This document shows positions 43,887 to 52,885 of a stretch of DNA of 64,000 bases, in pieces; the stretch's first letter is position 1; every line of letters begins with the position of its first letter. The notes under the pieces were generated by a model. The model saw nothing but the letters and a program-made list of their open reading frames with translations. It did not search any database and was not told the DNA's origin. The stretch spans positions 3,966 to 67,965 of the forward strand of contig JAGXIU010000003.1 in assembly GCA_024635455.1 (NCBI GenBank). Direction: 5' to 3'. The stretch is from Candidatus Saccharimonadota bacterium (lineage in GTDB: Bacteria; Patescibacteriota; Saccharimonadia; Saccharimonadales; SLHW01). The position numbers were made by a program, and so were the translations under genes.

Positions 43887-45656
43887 TTACTTTTGATTTG
43901 TCATTGCTTCCTGTGAGGAAATCCTCGGTAGGTTTATGTAAAAGGTGCTTCCCTCGCCTACTTTGCTTTCTACCCATATTCGGCCATTGTAGATTTCTAT
44001 AATTTTTCGGCAAATAAATAAGCCAAGACCCGTGCCGCCAATGGTACGAGTCGCAGAATTGTCTACTCGGTAGAACTTTTGGAACAGGTGAGGTACATCC
44101 TCGGCTGGTATGCCTGGGCCGGTATCTTTAATGAATAGTTGAATGATGTCGTTGTTGCCAGTCAGGCCGATTGAGATTTTGCCCGACTCAGTGTATTTCA
44201 CCGCGTTGTCAAATAAGTTGGTTATAACCTCACTAAGCCTGTCCGGGTCAGCCATCGCGTAGTAGAGAGGTTTTATTGTCTTTCCGCCGGCCACAGATCC
44301 ATCAGCGTCTGTATTCTCAGCAGAGCCAACTACAACATCAACCAACAGGCCCTTCTTCTCTGCTGTAAATCGCAGATCATCGGCTAATTTTTCTATGTAT
44401 TCACCAATCTCTACAACTGTCGGGTGGCTGACTAGTCGGCCATCTTCGGCTTTTGCGCTGGTTAATAAGTCCTGGAACAGTTTCCCGAGGTGTTTCGTAC
44501 TGGAATAAGCCTTGTTTAGGTAGTTTCTGGCGCTATTATCAATTTTGCTTACCTTTTCGTTCAGGGCGAGTGCGAGGTACCCTTCAATTGCAGCTACCGG
44601 TGTGCGCATTTCGTGGCTTGCAGTACTAATAAAGTCTGCGCGCCGAGCCTCTTCTTCTCTAGCGGCACTGACATCACGTACGACCGCGACAGCTCCAGCC
44701 AGCTCTTCGTTGCCAGGAATATTTATTGGAGAAACAGCTATCGATACTGTGCGTTTTTTGTCATCTCTGCCAATCAGTTGAGCGATCTTTTCGATAGATT
44801 GTCGGCTTGCTAGTACTTGAGTAAATATATTTTCTTGTTCAGGTATCTCTTTGCCATCTTCTTCGCGTAGATCCATGACTGTCTTCACATCAATATTGGC
44901 TGACTCATCAACTGGCCATCCAGTCATTTCAGCTGCCGCTGGGTTAGTGATCGAAATCTTTCCTTTGGTGTCTGTTACAACAATACCATCAGTTATTGAC
45001 TGAATGAGGACGTCAGAAAGCTGCTGACGACTTTTCAATTGTCCGGTTAAGCGCTCGACCTCGACATCTTTTGGATCGACATAAAAACGTCGCCAAACAA
45101 ACCAACTTACATACGACAATACATAGGTACCGACCAGGACGATTATTCCTCGAGTATCCAGTAAGGGTTTTGATTCGTTCACGCCATTGAAGGCAGATAC
45201 TTTCAGTAAGACAAAATAAAACGTCATAATGAATGAAGGTGCTGCCGCTATGGCTGGTCCAAGTATGCCACCCAGAAGACAAATTATTGCCCATACTAAT
45301 ACCCAATCAGAGTGTAGTCCTCCGCTAGCATGCATTAGGCTCACAACATTAAGGGTAAGCAGAGCCCCGAGGATTGCCGGTGGGAGGTGTCGGCTTGTCC
45401 GCTCTGCAAAAGCGTAGAATGCCAGGCCAAAAACAATTGCAATAAAAGCAATACCAGCCTGCAGTGGAGTAATTGCTGTCAGTAAATCGAGAAAATCAGG
45501 AAAGCGGTCGCTATACACAAATTGAGCACCAAATGCGACGAGTAGAAGACCTTGTATGCCGATTGTTGTGTATTTGTATAAATGTAGCCAGCGTTCGCTT
45601 GCAATATGCATTTTGTGAACAGCCCACCTGTCGTTATGGTTTATAAGCTTAAACAC
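43887..45656 (-). CDS. Sensor histidine kinase (polytopic N-terminus, PAS, HisKA, HATPase_c)
   Basis: About 6 TM helices, PAS-like ITDGIVVTDTKGKISITNPAAAEMTGW, H-box FISTASHEMRTPVAAIEGY, N box NLFDNAVKY, G boxes DTGPGI and GGTGLGL. Confidence 0.85.
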   Translation of the reverse strand: MFKLINHNDRWAVHKMHIASERWLHLYKYTTIGIQGLLLVAFGAQFVYSDRFPDFLDLLTAITPLQAGIAFIAIVFGLAFYAFAERTSRHLPPAILGALLTLNVVSLMHASGGLHSDWVLVWAIICLLGGILGPAIAAAPSFIMTFYFVLLKVSAFNGVNESKPLLDTRGIIVLVGTYVLSYVSWFVWRRFYVDPKDVEVERLTGQLKSRQQLSDVLIQSITDGIVVTDTKGKISITNPAAAEMTGWPVDESANIDVKTVMDLREEDGKEIPEQENIFTQVLASRQSIEKIAQLIGRDDKKRTVSIAVSPINIPGNEELAGAVAVVRDVSAAREEEARRADFISTASHEMRTPVAAIEGYLALALNEKVSKIDNSARNYLNKAYSSTKHLGKLFQDLLTSAKAEDGRLVSHPTVVEIGEYIEKLADDLRFTAEKKGLLVDVVVGSAENTDADGSVAGGKTIKPLYYAMADPDRLSEVITNLFDNAVKYTESGKISIGLTGNNDIIQLFIKDTGPGIPAEDVPHLFQKFYRVDNSATRTIGGTGLGLFICRKIIEIYNGRIWVESKVGEGSTFYINLPRISSQEAMTNQK

Positions 45657-45740
45657 GATTATACGTTAAAAACCGACATTTTTACATGGTATATCTGGGA
45701 AAATTACCTACAACTGTGGTAGTATAGGGCTCGAACTTAT

Positions 45741-45815
45741 GGCCTCATCGTCTAACGGCTAGGACACCAGGTTCTCATCCTGGCAATCGGGGTTCGATTC
45801 CCCGTGAGGTCACCA
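45741..45815 (+). tRNA. tRNA-Glu (anticodon CUC), CCA encoded
   Basis: Manual cloverleaf: acceptor GGCCUCA/UGAGGUC, anticodon stem CCAGG/CCUGG with loop UUCUCAU, T arm CGGGG-UUCGAUU-CCCCG, discriminator A, CCA. Confidence 0.9.
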
Positions 45816-45824
45816 ATGAAAGTG

Positions 45825-45847
45825 CCCCACCTTGTGTGGGGTTTTTT
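45825..45847 (+). terminator. Rho-independent terminator after tRNA-Glu
   Basis: Stem CCCCAC/GTGGGG, then TTTTTT. Nested within a longer helix CACCAATGAAA/TTTCATTGGTG (45811-45855). Confidence 0.7.
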
Positions 45848-45855
45848 CATTGGTG

Positions 45856-46037
45856 CGTTCCATGCAATGGAACAATCGAACACCCAGGTTCGAAGACAAG
45901 GAGCTCACGCAGATGCTTGCATCGAGTAAGCTCCGCAGGCGCATCGACTGAAAGGAGATATTCCCCGTGAGGTCACGCGCAGAAGTTTACTTCGAGCATG
46001 GCAAAGCAATCTTTCCTCCTCTTCTCATCCTGGCAAT
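45856..46037 (+). repeat. Structured module carrying duplicated tRNA-Glu fragments (att-scar / CIME-like)
   Basis: ATTCCCCGTGAGGTCAC at 45960-45976 equals tRNA positions 45797-45813. TTCTCATCCTGGCAAT at 46022-46037 equals 45772-45787. Conserved core at 45887-45926 is shared with the tRNA-Ser locus. Confidence 0.6.
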
Positions 46038-46094
46038 ATCGCCAAAAATGAAGGATGCTACACTAGTGTTATACTGAAGCGTAAGGAGAATGCT

Positions 46095-46802
46095 ATGAAA
46101 TTAAATCAAAAGGGCTATAGCGTAATCGAAATAGTACTCGTATTAGTTATAGTTGGGTTAATCGGAACAGTTGGGTGGCTGGTATACGATCGCCAAAATA
46201 ATAAAGCAGAAAATAATGAGACCACTAACGCACGACAGGCAGAAGATGATGAGACTACCAGCGCACAACAGGTAGAAGATGATGATTCCCGAGAAACCAC
46301 TAAGGAGTCTGACTATAAGACGCATGATGGTATCAAATATACAGTGCCAACAGATTGGGTAGGTGCTAAGGGGCCATTCAAAGATTCTGAAATAGAGGTC
46401 GGTGGTCAATATCTCCTAAGTCCTGATTACGAGGAAGCTGGTGGAGGACAACTATTCATAGAGGCCGGTGCTTATATAAACTTTCAGAAACTTGAGTGGG
46501 CTGGTATAGATAAAAACACTTCGGTAGAACAGGCCGCAAGTGTCGTAAAAAATGGTGAAGGCGGTTATCTTGACTCGGATTCAGTAGAGGTATCAAAAGT
46601 AGGAGATGTTCAGGTTGTCATGTTTGACGCTGGGCATACGACTGACGGTGTAACCGTATTTTATAAAACATCTAACGGTCAGTGGTTGGACGCAAGTTTC
46701 AGCACCACAACAGGCGGTGACGGAAACTATAATGCTCAAGACAGCCCACACTATAAGACCTTTCTTGCGTGGCTAGAGTTATTCACTGAACTTAACTCAT
46801 AG
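46095..46802 (+). CDS. Type IV pilin-like (prepilin N-terminal motif) protein
   Basis: AAGGAGAA Shine-Dalgarno sequence. MKLNQKGYSVIEIVLVLVIVGLIG resembles the class III signal G|(F/Y)(S/T)xxE plus a hydrophobic helix. Acidic NETT/DDETT repeat follows. Confidence 0.65.
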   Translation: MKLNQKGYSVIEIVLVLVIVGLIGTVGWLVYDRQNNKAENNETTNARQAEDDETTSAQQVEDDDSRETTKESDYKTHDGIKYTVPTDWVGAKGPFKDSEIEVGGQYLLSPDYEEAGGGQLFIEAGAYINFQKLEWAGIDKNTSVEQAASVVKNGEGGYLDSDSVEVSKVGDVQVVMFDAGHTTDGVTVFYKTSNGQWLDASFSTTTGGDGNYNAQDSPHYKTFLAWLELFTELNS

Positions 46803-46892
46803 CACAACATTGGCCATCAGTCTTAGCTAGTAATCTATTCCAGCGTATAATCTTGTGACAGAATAAGCTCTATTCCCCCGTGAAGGATAAAT

Positions 46893-46922
46893 AAACCCGA
46901 CAATCTATAGTGTGTCGGGTTT
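46893..46922. repeat. Palindromic hairpin element AAACCCGACA-N10-TGTCGGGTTT (probable bidirectional terminator), copy 1
   Basis: Lies between convergent genes (46802 and 46944). Near-identical copy at 62514-62543. Confidence 0.65.
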
Positions 46923-46943
46923 AGCCAGTTTTACGATTTTGTG

Positions 46944-47345
46944 TTAGCCAACGCCATTAAGAAACTCAACCAGTTGCTTAGGGGTAATCTCAGCTTTAAT
47001 AATATAAGCATCTGCTTGACGTTCAATAGCTGTCTTGTTTTCTTCGCTTTGCTCTAAGTTTGTGGTGACGATTATTTTCGCCCGAATTGGTTTCTCTGCC
47101 TTATCGCGTAGTTTTTCCAGTATCTCCGTCCCAGTAATTGTAGGCACCATGATATCGAGTAGGATAATATCGTAGGCATCGGTTTGAGCCTTCTGTAGAC
47201 CAGCGGCGCCGTCAATCGTTAAATCAACTTCATAACCAGCTCGTTTGAGTGCTCGGACATACAGCTCACTAATGAAGTACTCGTCCTCAATGATGAGTAC
47301 TTTTCTGCTGATTTGTTCGGCTGGTGCTGTTTGTTCTTGGTCCAT
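46944..47345 (-). CDS. Stand-alone response-regulator receiver domain
   Basis: VLIIEDE, YDIILLDIMVPTITG, IIVTT. Lies immediately downstream of a histidine kinase gene. Confidence 0.85.
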   Translation of the reverse strand: MDQEQTAPAEQISRKVLIIEDEYFISELYVRALKRAGYEVDLTIDGAAGLQKAQTDAYDIILLDIMVPTITGTEILEKLRDKAEKPIRAKIIVTTNLEQSEENKTAIERQADAYIIKAEITPKQLVEFLNGVG

Positions 47346-47350
47346 CGTCG

Positions 47351-48895
47351 CTATCTCCGATACATTGAGTGGTTTTTTACCCAGCCATGTGACTGTCGAA
47401 TAATCTCTTTATTTCCAGTTTCTTGTAACTCTTTATCGAGTTGAGCATATGGTACCACACTGAAGCCGAAGGTACTGCCCTCCCCTTCCTTCGAATTGAC
47501 CCAAACTTGTCCACCGTGTGCGGAAATGATTGCTTTGGTCAAATAAAGCCCTAAACCAGTGCCGCTGATTTTATTACGAGTCCGGTGGTTTCGATAAAAT
47601 TTCTCAAATAAATTAGTAGTTACACTGCTTGGCATACCGACACCGAAATCTTGAACAGTTGTATGTATAAGACCGTTACTGCCAACTTTTGAAGTGACGA
47701 TAATCTTCTTGGAGTCACCACGATACTTAATGGCATTATCGATAAGGTTGGCTATTACTTCATAAATACTAACTCGGTCTATTCCAACTGACGGAATATT
47801 ATCGTCAATATGTCGCTCGAGCGTTATATCGTAAATATCTGTGCGAATCTGTATGTCGTCCAGCATGGCTTTCAGTGCTTTATTCCAATCAGCCTCTTGG
47901 AGCTGCATCATGAGCTGGTTTTGTTCGATGCGAGCAACGTTGAGGATATTGTTGACAAATATTGTAAGCTGCCCAGCTGCAACCTCCATTTTGTGCATAA
48001 AGTCCTGGAGCTCTTCGCTTAAGTTCTCACCCAGTTCGTCTTCAAATACTTCAATGTAGCCTCGCAACATAGTAACTGGAGTACGTAATTCGTGCACTGC
48101 CATGGCAACAAAGTTAAGCGAATCGTCGTCTTGCTGGTAATGCTCGGTTCGGTCGAACATGGTGATAATAAAATCCGCGCCGCTCGGATTGTCACGGTTA
48201 TATTGCGCGCTTAGGTCACATTGCTTTTCTGATTGGTCTGGTAGCGTGACACGAACTCGTTCCCAGAAGCCGGTAGTTGTGACCTTGTTCTTCTGGCACT
48301 CCTCCATCCATTGATTCAACGTATGCTCACTCGGGAAAGTAAGCCGTACTGCATCTTCTAGGGTTTGGCCAAAGAGCTTCGAGGTTTCTGTGTCAACGTA
48401 CGTAATAGCTGATTCACTGGCGTTGGTGATAATTCTCTGAGTATTGAGTACAAACATAGGTAGCGGTAAGTGATTGACGATATTGATAGCCTGTATGAGC
48501 TCTTTTCGGTGAGACGTAGTGTCCGCTGTCTGCGAGGAGCCATAGCTTGCCAATTGGTATACCTGCATAGCCATATTATTAATAAGTTCTTTGCCCGTAC
48601 GGATTGCTTCAAGGTTTGGTGGACTTGAGGCGCTATGCTCGTGCCCTGGCGCAACATGCATGATTGCCTGTACTAGCGTATTAAGAGGCTCAAGAACTGC
48701 CTTGAGTACGAATTCGCTCAAGATGAGCGAAAACCCTATTACGGATACAAAGCAAATAATTATCGCCAGAAGTGAATCGACCGCAAAGACCTCAAACAGC
48801 ATGTACCATGCAACTATCGAAAAAATTCCAACGAGAATCAGGGCGCTCGCGATATAGGTATAGACTTGTGCTCGTAACCGTTTGGAATGATCCAT
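47351..48895 (-). CDS. Sensor histidine kinase
   Basis: Two N-terminal TM helices, H-box FVAMAVHELRTPVTMLRGY, N box NLIDNAIKY, G boxes DFGVGM and GTGLGL. Confidence 0.85.
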   Translation of the reverse strand: MDHSKRLRAQVYTYIASALILVGIFSIVAWYMLFEVFAVDSLLAIIICFVSVIGFSLILSEFVLKAVLEPLNTLVQAIMHVAPGHEHSASSPPNLEAIRTGKELINNMAMQVYQLASYGSSQTADTTSHRKELIQAINIVNHLPLPMFVLNTQRIITNASESAITYVDTETSKLFGQTLEDAVRLTFPSEHTLNQWMEECQKNKVTTTGFWERVRVTLPDQSEKQCDLSAQYNRDNPSGADFIITMFDRTEHYQQDDDSLNFVAMAVHELRTPVTMLRGYIEVFEDELGENLSEELQDFMHKMEVAAGQLTIFVNNILNVARIEQNQLMMQLQEADWNKALKAMLDDIQIRTDIYDITLERHIDDNIPSVGIDRVSIYEVIANLIDNAIKYRGDSKKIIVTSKVGSNGLIHTTVQDFGVGMPSSVTTNLFEKFYRNHRTRNKISGTGLGLYLTKAIISAHGGQVWVNSKEGEGSTFGFSVVPYAQLDKELQETGNKEIIRQSHGWVKNHSMYRR

Positions 48896-48908
48896 GCCCG
48901 CCCCCTTA

Positions 48909-50153
48909 TTACTTAGTAGTTACGTCTCCTGCGCTTGTAGCTAGTGTCACCCATGTCTTGCCAGGATTCAAGCCGACCGGTAACCCGTCCGCGTTACCAA
49001 AGCGTACGTTTTCCTTTTGGCTTGGCTTTTCCCAGATACCACGGGTCATTGTGCCATCTTGGAATATAAATGCAGTATTGCTGCCAGTTAAATCGTATAC
49101 AGAATAAATACCATCACGCTTATAATCTGCCACCATAACAACCACAACATCAGATGTAATTTGTTTATTGGTTTGCTCATCAACATGCGGCACGCCAGCC
49201 ATAAACCGTTTATAAGTATTGTTCTTGGCGTCATAGACGAAGCGGACATTATATAGCGGTGAAGATATTCGTACACTCACCTCTGTTACATCTGGTTTTT
49301 CTGCTGGTTCGGGGTTTTTTCGGACAAATCCATTAAAGTCACTTTTGTTGTAGCCGCGTTTTTCGTGGACCTTTAACAAATCAGCCCGCGTTGAGTACAT
49401 ATTATGAGGCGCGAAGCGTGTGTTGACGCGTCGATAGGCCTCAGGGTTCTGGAATTGATCTAAGTCCTTCACGCCTAAGCTGCGTACGCGTGATAGTGCG
49501 TACGGACTACCGCCAACATGAGCTAATGCGGCGTCATGCGCCAATATCCAATCAATATGATTCCGCCGAACCGAACGGATTGGTCCAATTTGCTCTGGCT
49601 TGTCTTCCTGATAGAGGGCGAGGAAACGAGTGATACTTCCCTCCACCATTGCCTCAAACACAACACCAGCATCAGCTAGCCCTGATTGTGGTCTAGCATC
49701 AGGGCTATTTTCAATAGTAACTGCGGTTACAGGTAAGCTTGCTAGCTGAGGGGAGACCTCCACACCAGTTAGCTCTGATGGTATGGTCTTCGGTTCCGGC
49801 GGTGGCAATGGCTCCTCCGGTTGTTCTACCGCGACTGGTTCTGGCTCAGGCGGAGCTGGCTGAAGGGCAAAAACGAGCCCGACTGTAATAGTCGTGAAAA
49901 ATGCCAGCAAAACAGCAATAGTGATAAGTCGCTTCTTCTTGCTTGCTTCTCGCCAATACTGTTTTATAAATGCAATTGGATGTACTCTCGATTTTTTATT
50001 CTCTGGTTTGTCATATACGGTTGACTCGATCATTTCTTCAACTTGCTCTTCGTGTCGCTGTATTGGTACGTTGCTAGGCTCACGATCACTATCATCGTGT
50101 AACCGAGTTGTGTGGTTCCGCTCTGATTTCGGCGGTCGTACGTCGTCCATCAT
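48909..50153 (-). CDS. Membrane-anchored DUF3048 (YerB-like) protein
   Basis: One TM helix, Pro-rich linker, then PVTAVTIENSPDARPQSGLADAGVVFEAMVEGSITRFLALY and IGPIRSVRRNH, typical of DUF3048. Confidence 0.7.
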   Translation of the reverse strand: MMDDVRPPKSERNHTTRLHDDSDREPSNVPIQRHEEQVEEMIESTVYDKPENKKSRVHPIAFIKQYWREASKKKRLITIAVLLAFFTTITVGLVFALQPAPPEPEPVAVEQPEEPLPPPEPKTIPSELTGVEVSPQLASLPVTAVTIENSPDARPQSGLADAGVVFEAMVEGSITRFLALYQEDKPEQIGPIRSVRRNHIDWILAHDAALAHVGGSPYALSRVRSLGVKDLDQFQNPEAYRRVNTRFAPHNMYSTRADLLKVHEKRGYNKSDFNGFVRKNPEPAEKPDVTEVSVRISSPLYNVRFVYDAKNNTYKRFMAGVPHVDEQTNKQITSDVVVVMVADYKRDGIYSVYDLTGSNTAFIFQDGTMTRGIWEKPSQKENVRFGNADGLPVGLNPGKTWVTLATSAGDVTTK

Positions 50154-50182
50154 AATTTTTCTCTATTATAGCAGAATTCTGC

Positions 50183-51634
50183 TTATGCCTTGAGCGCATT
50201 TATTTGATTGTCGATTCGCTGGAGGGTGCGTTCTTTACCCAATATTGCCATAGTCTCAGCTAACCCTGGTGAAGCTGGTGCTTGGGTCGTCGCGATTCGA
50301 ACTAAGCTAAACAGTACTGCGGGCTTTTCTCCTGTAGATTCTAAGAGCTGGTTTAGTTCACGCTGCAATGGATCTACATCAAATACTACTGCCGTCAGCG
50401 CGGTACGAGCCGTATTTAGTAAGTCTACTAAGTCCGATTGGTCATATTTTTTGAGCTTTTTATGCTCGCTAAGGAGTGATGGGTCAATAGGTAAGTCGGT
50501 ATAAAAGAATTGCGTTAGCTCTGGTAGCTCAGCAAAATATTTGAGTCGTTCTTGCAACGCTCCGACTACAGCTTTGTTGTAGGCTTCATCAAATGACTGC
50601 GCTTCGGGAGGTAAGAATTTTTGGGCTTGCTCATAAAGTGTATCAAGATCCATCTGACGTATGAAACTTCCATTCACCCATTGCAGTCGCCGTTCGTCGA
50701 ACACAGCACCACCTCGCCCAACGTGATTTAGTGAGAACTTGCTCATAAGTTCGTCTACAGAAAATAACTCTTGTTCAGTGCCGTCGTTCCAGCCTAGTGT
50801 TGCAATGAAGCTAAGTAGTGCTTCTGGCAGAAAGCCTTGTCGTAGATAGTCAAGCATATCTCGAGCACCATCACGTTTACTGAGCTTCTTTTTTCCATCA
50901 GGTCCAAGAATCGGTGGTAAGGTTGCCATAGTCGGAACTTCTAGGGCTAGTGCTTCGTACAGGTTCATATAGTTCGGGACGCTAGCGATAAATTCTTGAC
51001 CGCGTACGATATGACTCACCTTCATCAGATAGTCATCAACTATGTGGGCGAAATTGTAGGTAGGATATCCATCAGACTTAATCAATATAAAGTCATCGAT
51101 GACTTCGGGGCCAGTCGCTAACTCACCCATAACAGTGTCTTTCCACTTGTATGATTTTGGATCTGACTTGAAGCGTAGTGGTGTTGATCCGTCCCATTTT
51201 GGCGGATTTTCTGGACGATGATTTCGATATAAAAATGGCTTTTTTTGTTGCTGGGCTTGCTCACGAAGGTCCTGGAGATCCGCTGCTGTATAAGGGTCAG
51301 CGTAGGCTCGACCATCGTCTATTAACTTCTGTGCCCACTGTTTATATATGTCCAAACGTTCGCTCTGTCGGTATGGCCCATAGTCGCCATCTATATCAGG
51401 ACCTTCATCATAACCAAGTCCAACAGCGTGGAGTGTGCGCATAATGTGTTCATCAGCGCCAGCAACTTCACGTTTTTTATCCGTATCTTCAAGTCGAAGG
51501 ATAAAGTCCCCATTGTTTTGTCGGGCAATGAGCCAAGCAAACAAAGCAGTACGCACTGCACCAACATGCAACATGCCAGTTGGGCTTGGCGCAAACCGAG
51601 TTCGAGTTAGATGTGTATCTTCCACGTCAACCAT
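50183..51634 (-). CDS. gltX: Glutamate--tRNA ligase
   Basis: ATG 51634. RFAPSPTGMLHVG (HIGH region) and KLSKR (KMSKS). Confidence 0.93.
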   Translation of the reverse strand: MVDVEDTHLTRTRFAPSPTGMLHVGAVRTALFAWLIARQNNGDFILRLEDTDKKREVAGADEHIMRTLHAVGLGYDEGPDIDGDYGPYRQSERLDIYKQWAQKLIDDGRAYADPYTAADLQDLREQAQQQKKPFLYRNHRPENPPKWDGSTPLRFKSDPKSYKWKDTVMGELATGPEVIDDFILIKSDGYPTYNFAHIVDDYLMKVSHIVRGQEFIASVPNYMNLYEALALEVPTMATLPPILGPDGKKKLSKRDGARDMLDYLRQGFLPEALLSFIATLGWNDGTEQELFSVDELMSKFSLNHVGRGGAVFDERRLQWVNGSFIRQMDLDTLYEQAQKFLPPEAQSFDEAYNKAVVGALQERLKYFAELPELTQFFYTDLPIDPSLLSEHKKLKKYDQSDLVDLLNTARTALTAVVFDVDPLQRELNQLLESTGEKPAVLFSLVRIATTQAPASPGLAETMAILGKERTLQRIDNQINALKA

Positions 51635-51679
51635 TGTAGTACAGACCTGCGTAATTATCCGCAAGAATATTTATTACCA

Positions 51680-52801
51680 TCAGAGACTATTAGCTAGGCG
51701 TAGTAACTGGTCACTGTTTAGTGAGGATGACCCTTCGATGTTGTACCATATCCCACCATCTACCCAGGTAGCGTTGGACTCATTATATATGTATATCGTT
51801 TTCCCGTTACTCGGCACTGCTTGGTACAAGCCTTTTGTCTCTACGAATGAGCTACGAAGGCTTTCACTAGTCCAATCAGTCTTTTCTTTGTTGATACTGA
51901 AGGTTCGGCCATCGCTCACGGAATCATACTGCAGCGCTATGTGATCTGGGCTATATTCAACATTATTACTCAATTGAAAGCCAGAGGGCTTGTACTCTGG
52001 CAAGCTTGCACTAACACCAGATCGTGAGGAAGCAACCTGTACAGATAAGTACGGCATACTACTGTAGCCAATTATAGCTAGTCCGCCGACCATTAGTAAA
52101 CCTGCTAGGCCGTAGCGAACTGCATTTGGTGCTTCGGCAAGCTTATTCCATAGTCGAGAGATGCGTGATTGGCTCGGGCCATCGTAGGTTTGTTCGTGAC
52201 TATTAGCATTGTCTATTGCACGTTCAGTTAGAGTTGGTGCTTGTTTCGTAGATTGTTGTTGGCTGGATTGTGATTGGGTCGTTGGATCTGCGTTAGCTTG
52301 GTCGGTCTTCGCACTGGCGGGCGCTTGATGGGCAGATGACGGATTGTTCTGTGTATGAGCGTCATGAAACTTCTGTACGTGCGCGCTTCTAACTGCTTTT
52401 GAGGCGCGTTCCAGTCGTGAGAAGTTCGTCAATGGCTTTTTCTGTAACTCGGGCGCCTGTTGGGCATCCTGAGCTGTGTTAGCGGTATCGGGCTTTGCTA
52501 CTGATGTTCGCATCAGAGTTTGCGATTTATGCGGTTGTTTTTTTATTGAGTTCTCTGCAGGGCGATTATCTGTGCGTTGTTGTTTAATGGGTTTACTATA
52601 ACCATCGATTGATTGGTTACTTTGTTTATTGTTGGGCTGTTTATTATCAGCTGGAGAAGCTTCTGTTTGTGCAGAACGAACCATTTCACCCGTACGAATA
52701 TCGTAGGTATTACCGTTTAGCTCTATAATATTTTTTGTCATAAATTGTGTTCGTCTTACCTTCGCCATGTCAGGAATACATGTTAGAAATAGCTTATGCA
52801 C
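51680..52801 (-). CDS. Hypothetical membrane-anchored protein, Gln/Asn/Ala-rich linker, DUF4367-like C-terminal domain
   Basis: One TM helix (YGLAGLLMVGGLAIIGY). C-terminus ...WVDGGIWYNIEGSSSLNSDQLLRLANSL. Start uncertain: three in-frame Met codons at 52801, 52768 and 52741. Confidence 0.45.
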   Translation of the reverse strand: MHKLFLTCIPDMAKVRRTQFMTKNIIELNGNTYDIRTGEMVRSAQTEASPADNKQPNNKQSNQSIDGYSKPIKQQRTDNRPAENSIKKQPHKSQTLMRTSVAKPDTANTAQDAQQAPELQKKPLTNFSRLERASKAVRSAHVQKFHDAHTQNNPSSAHQAPASAKTDQANADPTTQSQSSQQQSTKQAPTLTERAIDNANSHEQTYDGPSQSRISRLWNKLAEAPNAVRYGLAGLLMVGGLAIIGYSSMPYLSVQVASSRSGVSASLPEYKPSGFQLSNNVEYSPDHIALQYDSVSDGRTFSINKEKTDWTSESLRSSFVETKGLYQAVPSNGKTIYIYNESNATWVDGGIWYNIEGSSSLNSDQLLRLANSL

Positions 52802-52885
52802 TATCTTAGCGCCTATTAAGTTTTCTTACAAGCAATTGAAATACATGATTTATAGGCGCTATACTACACTGAGTAAAATATTTAT

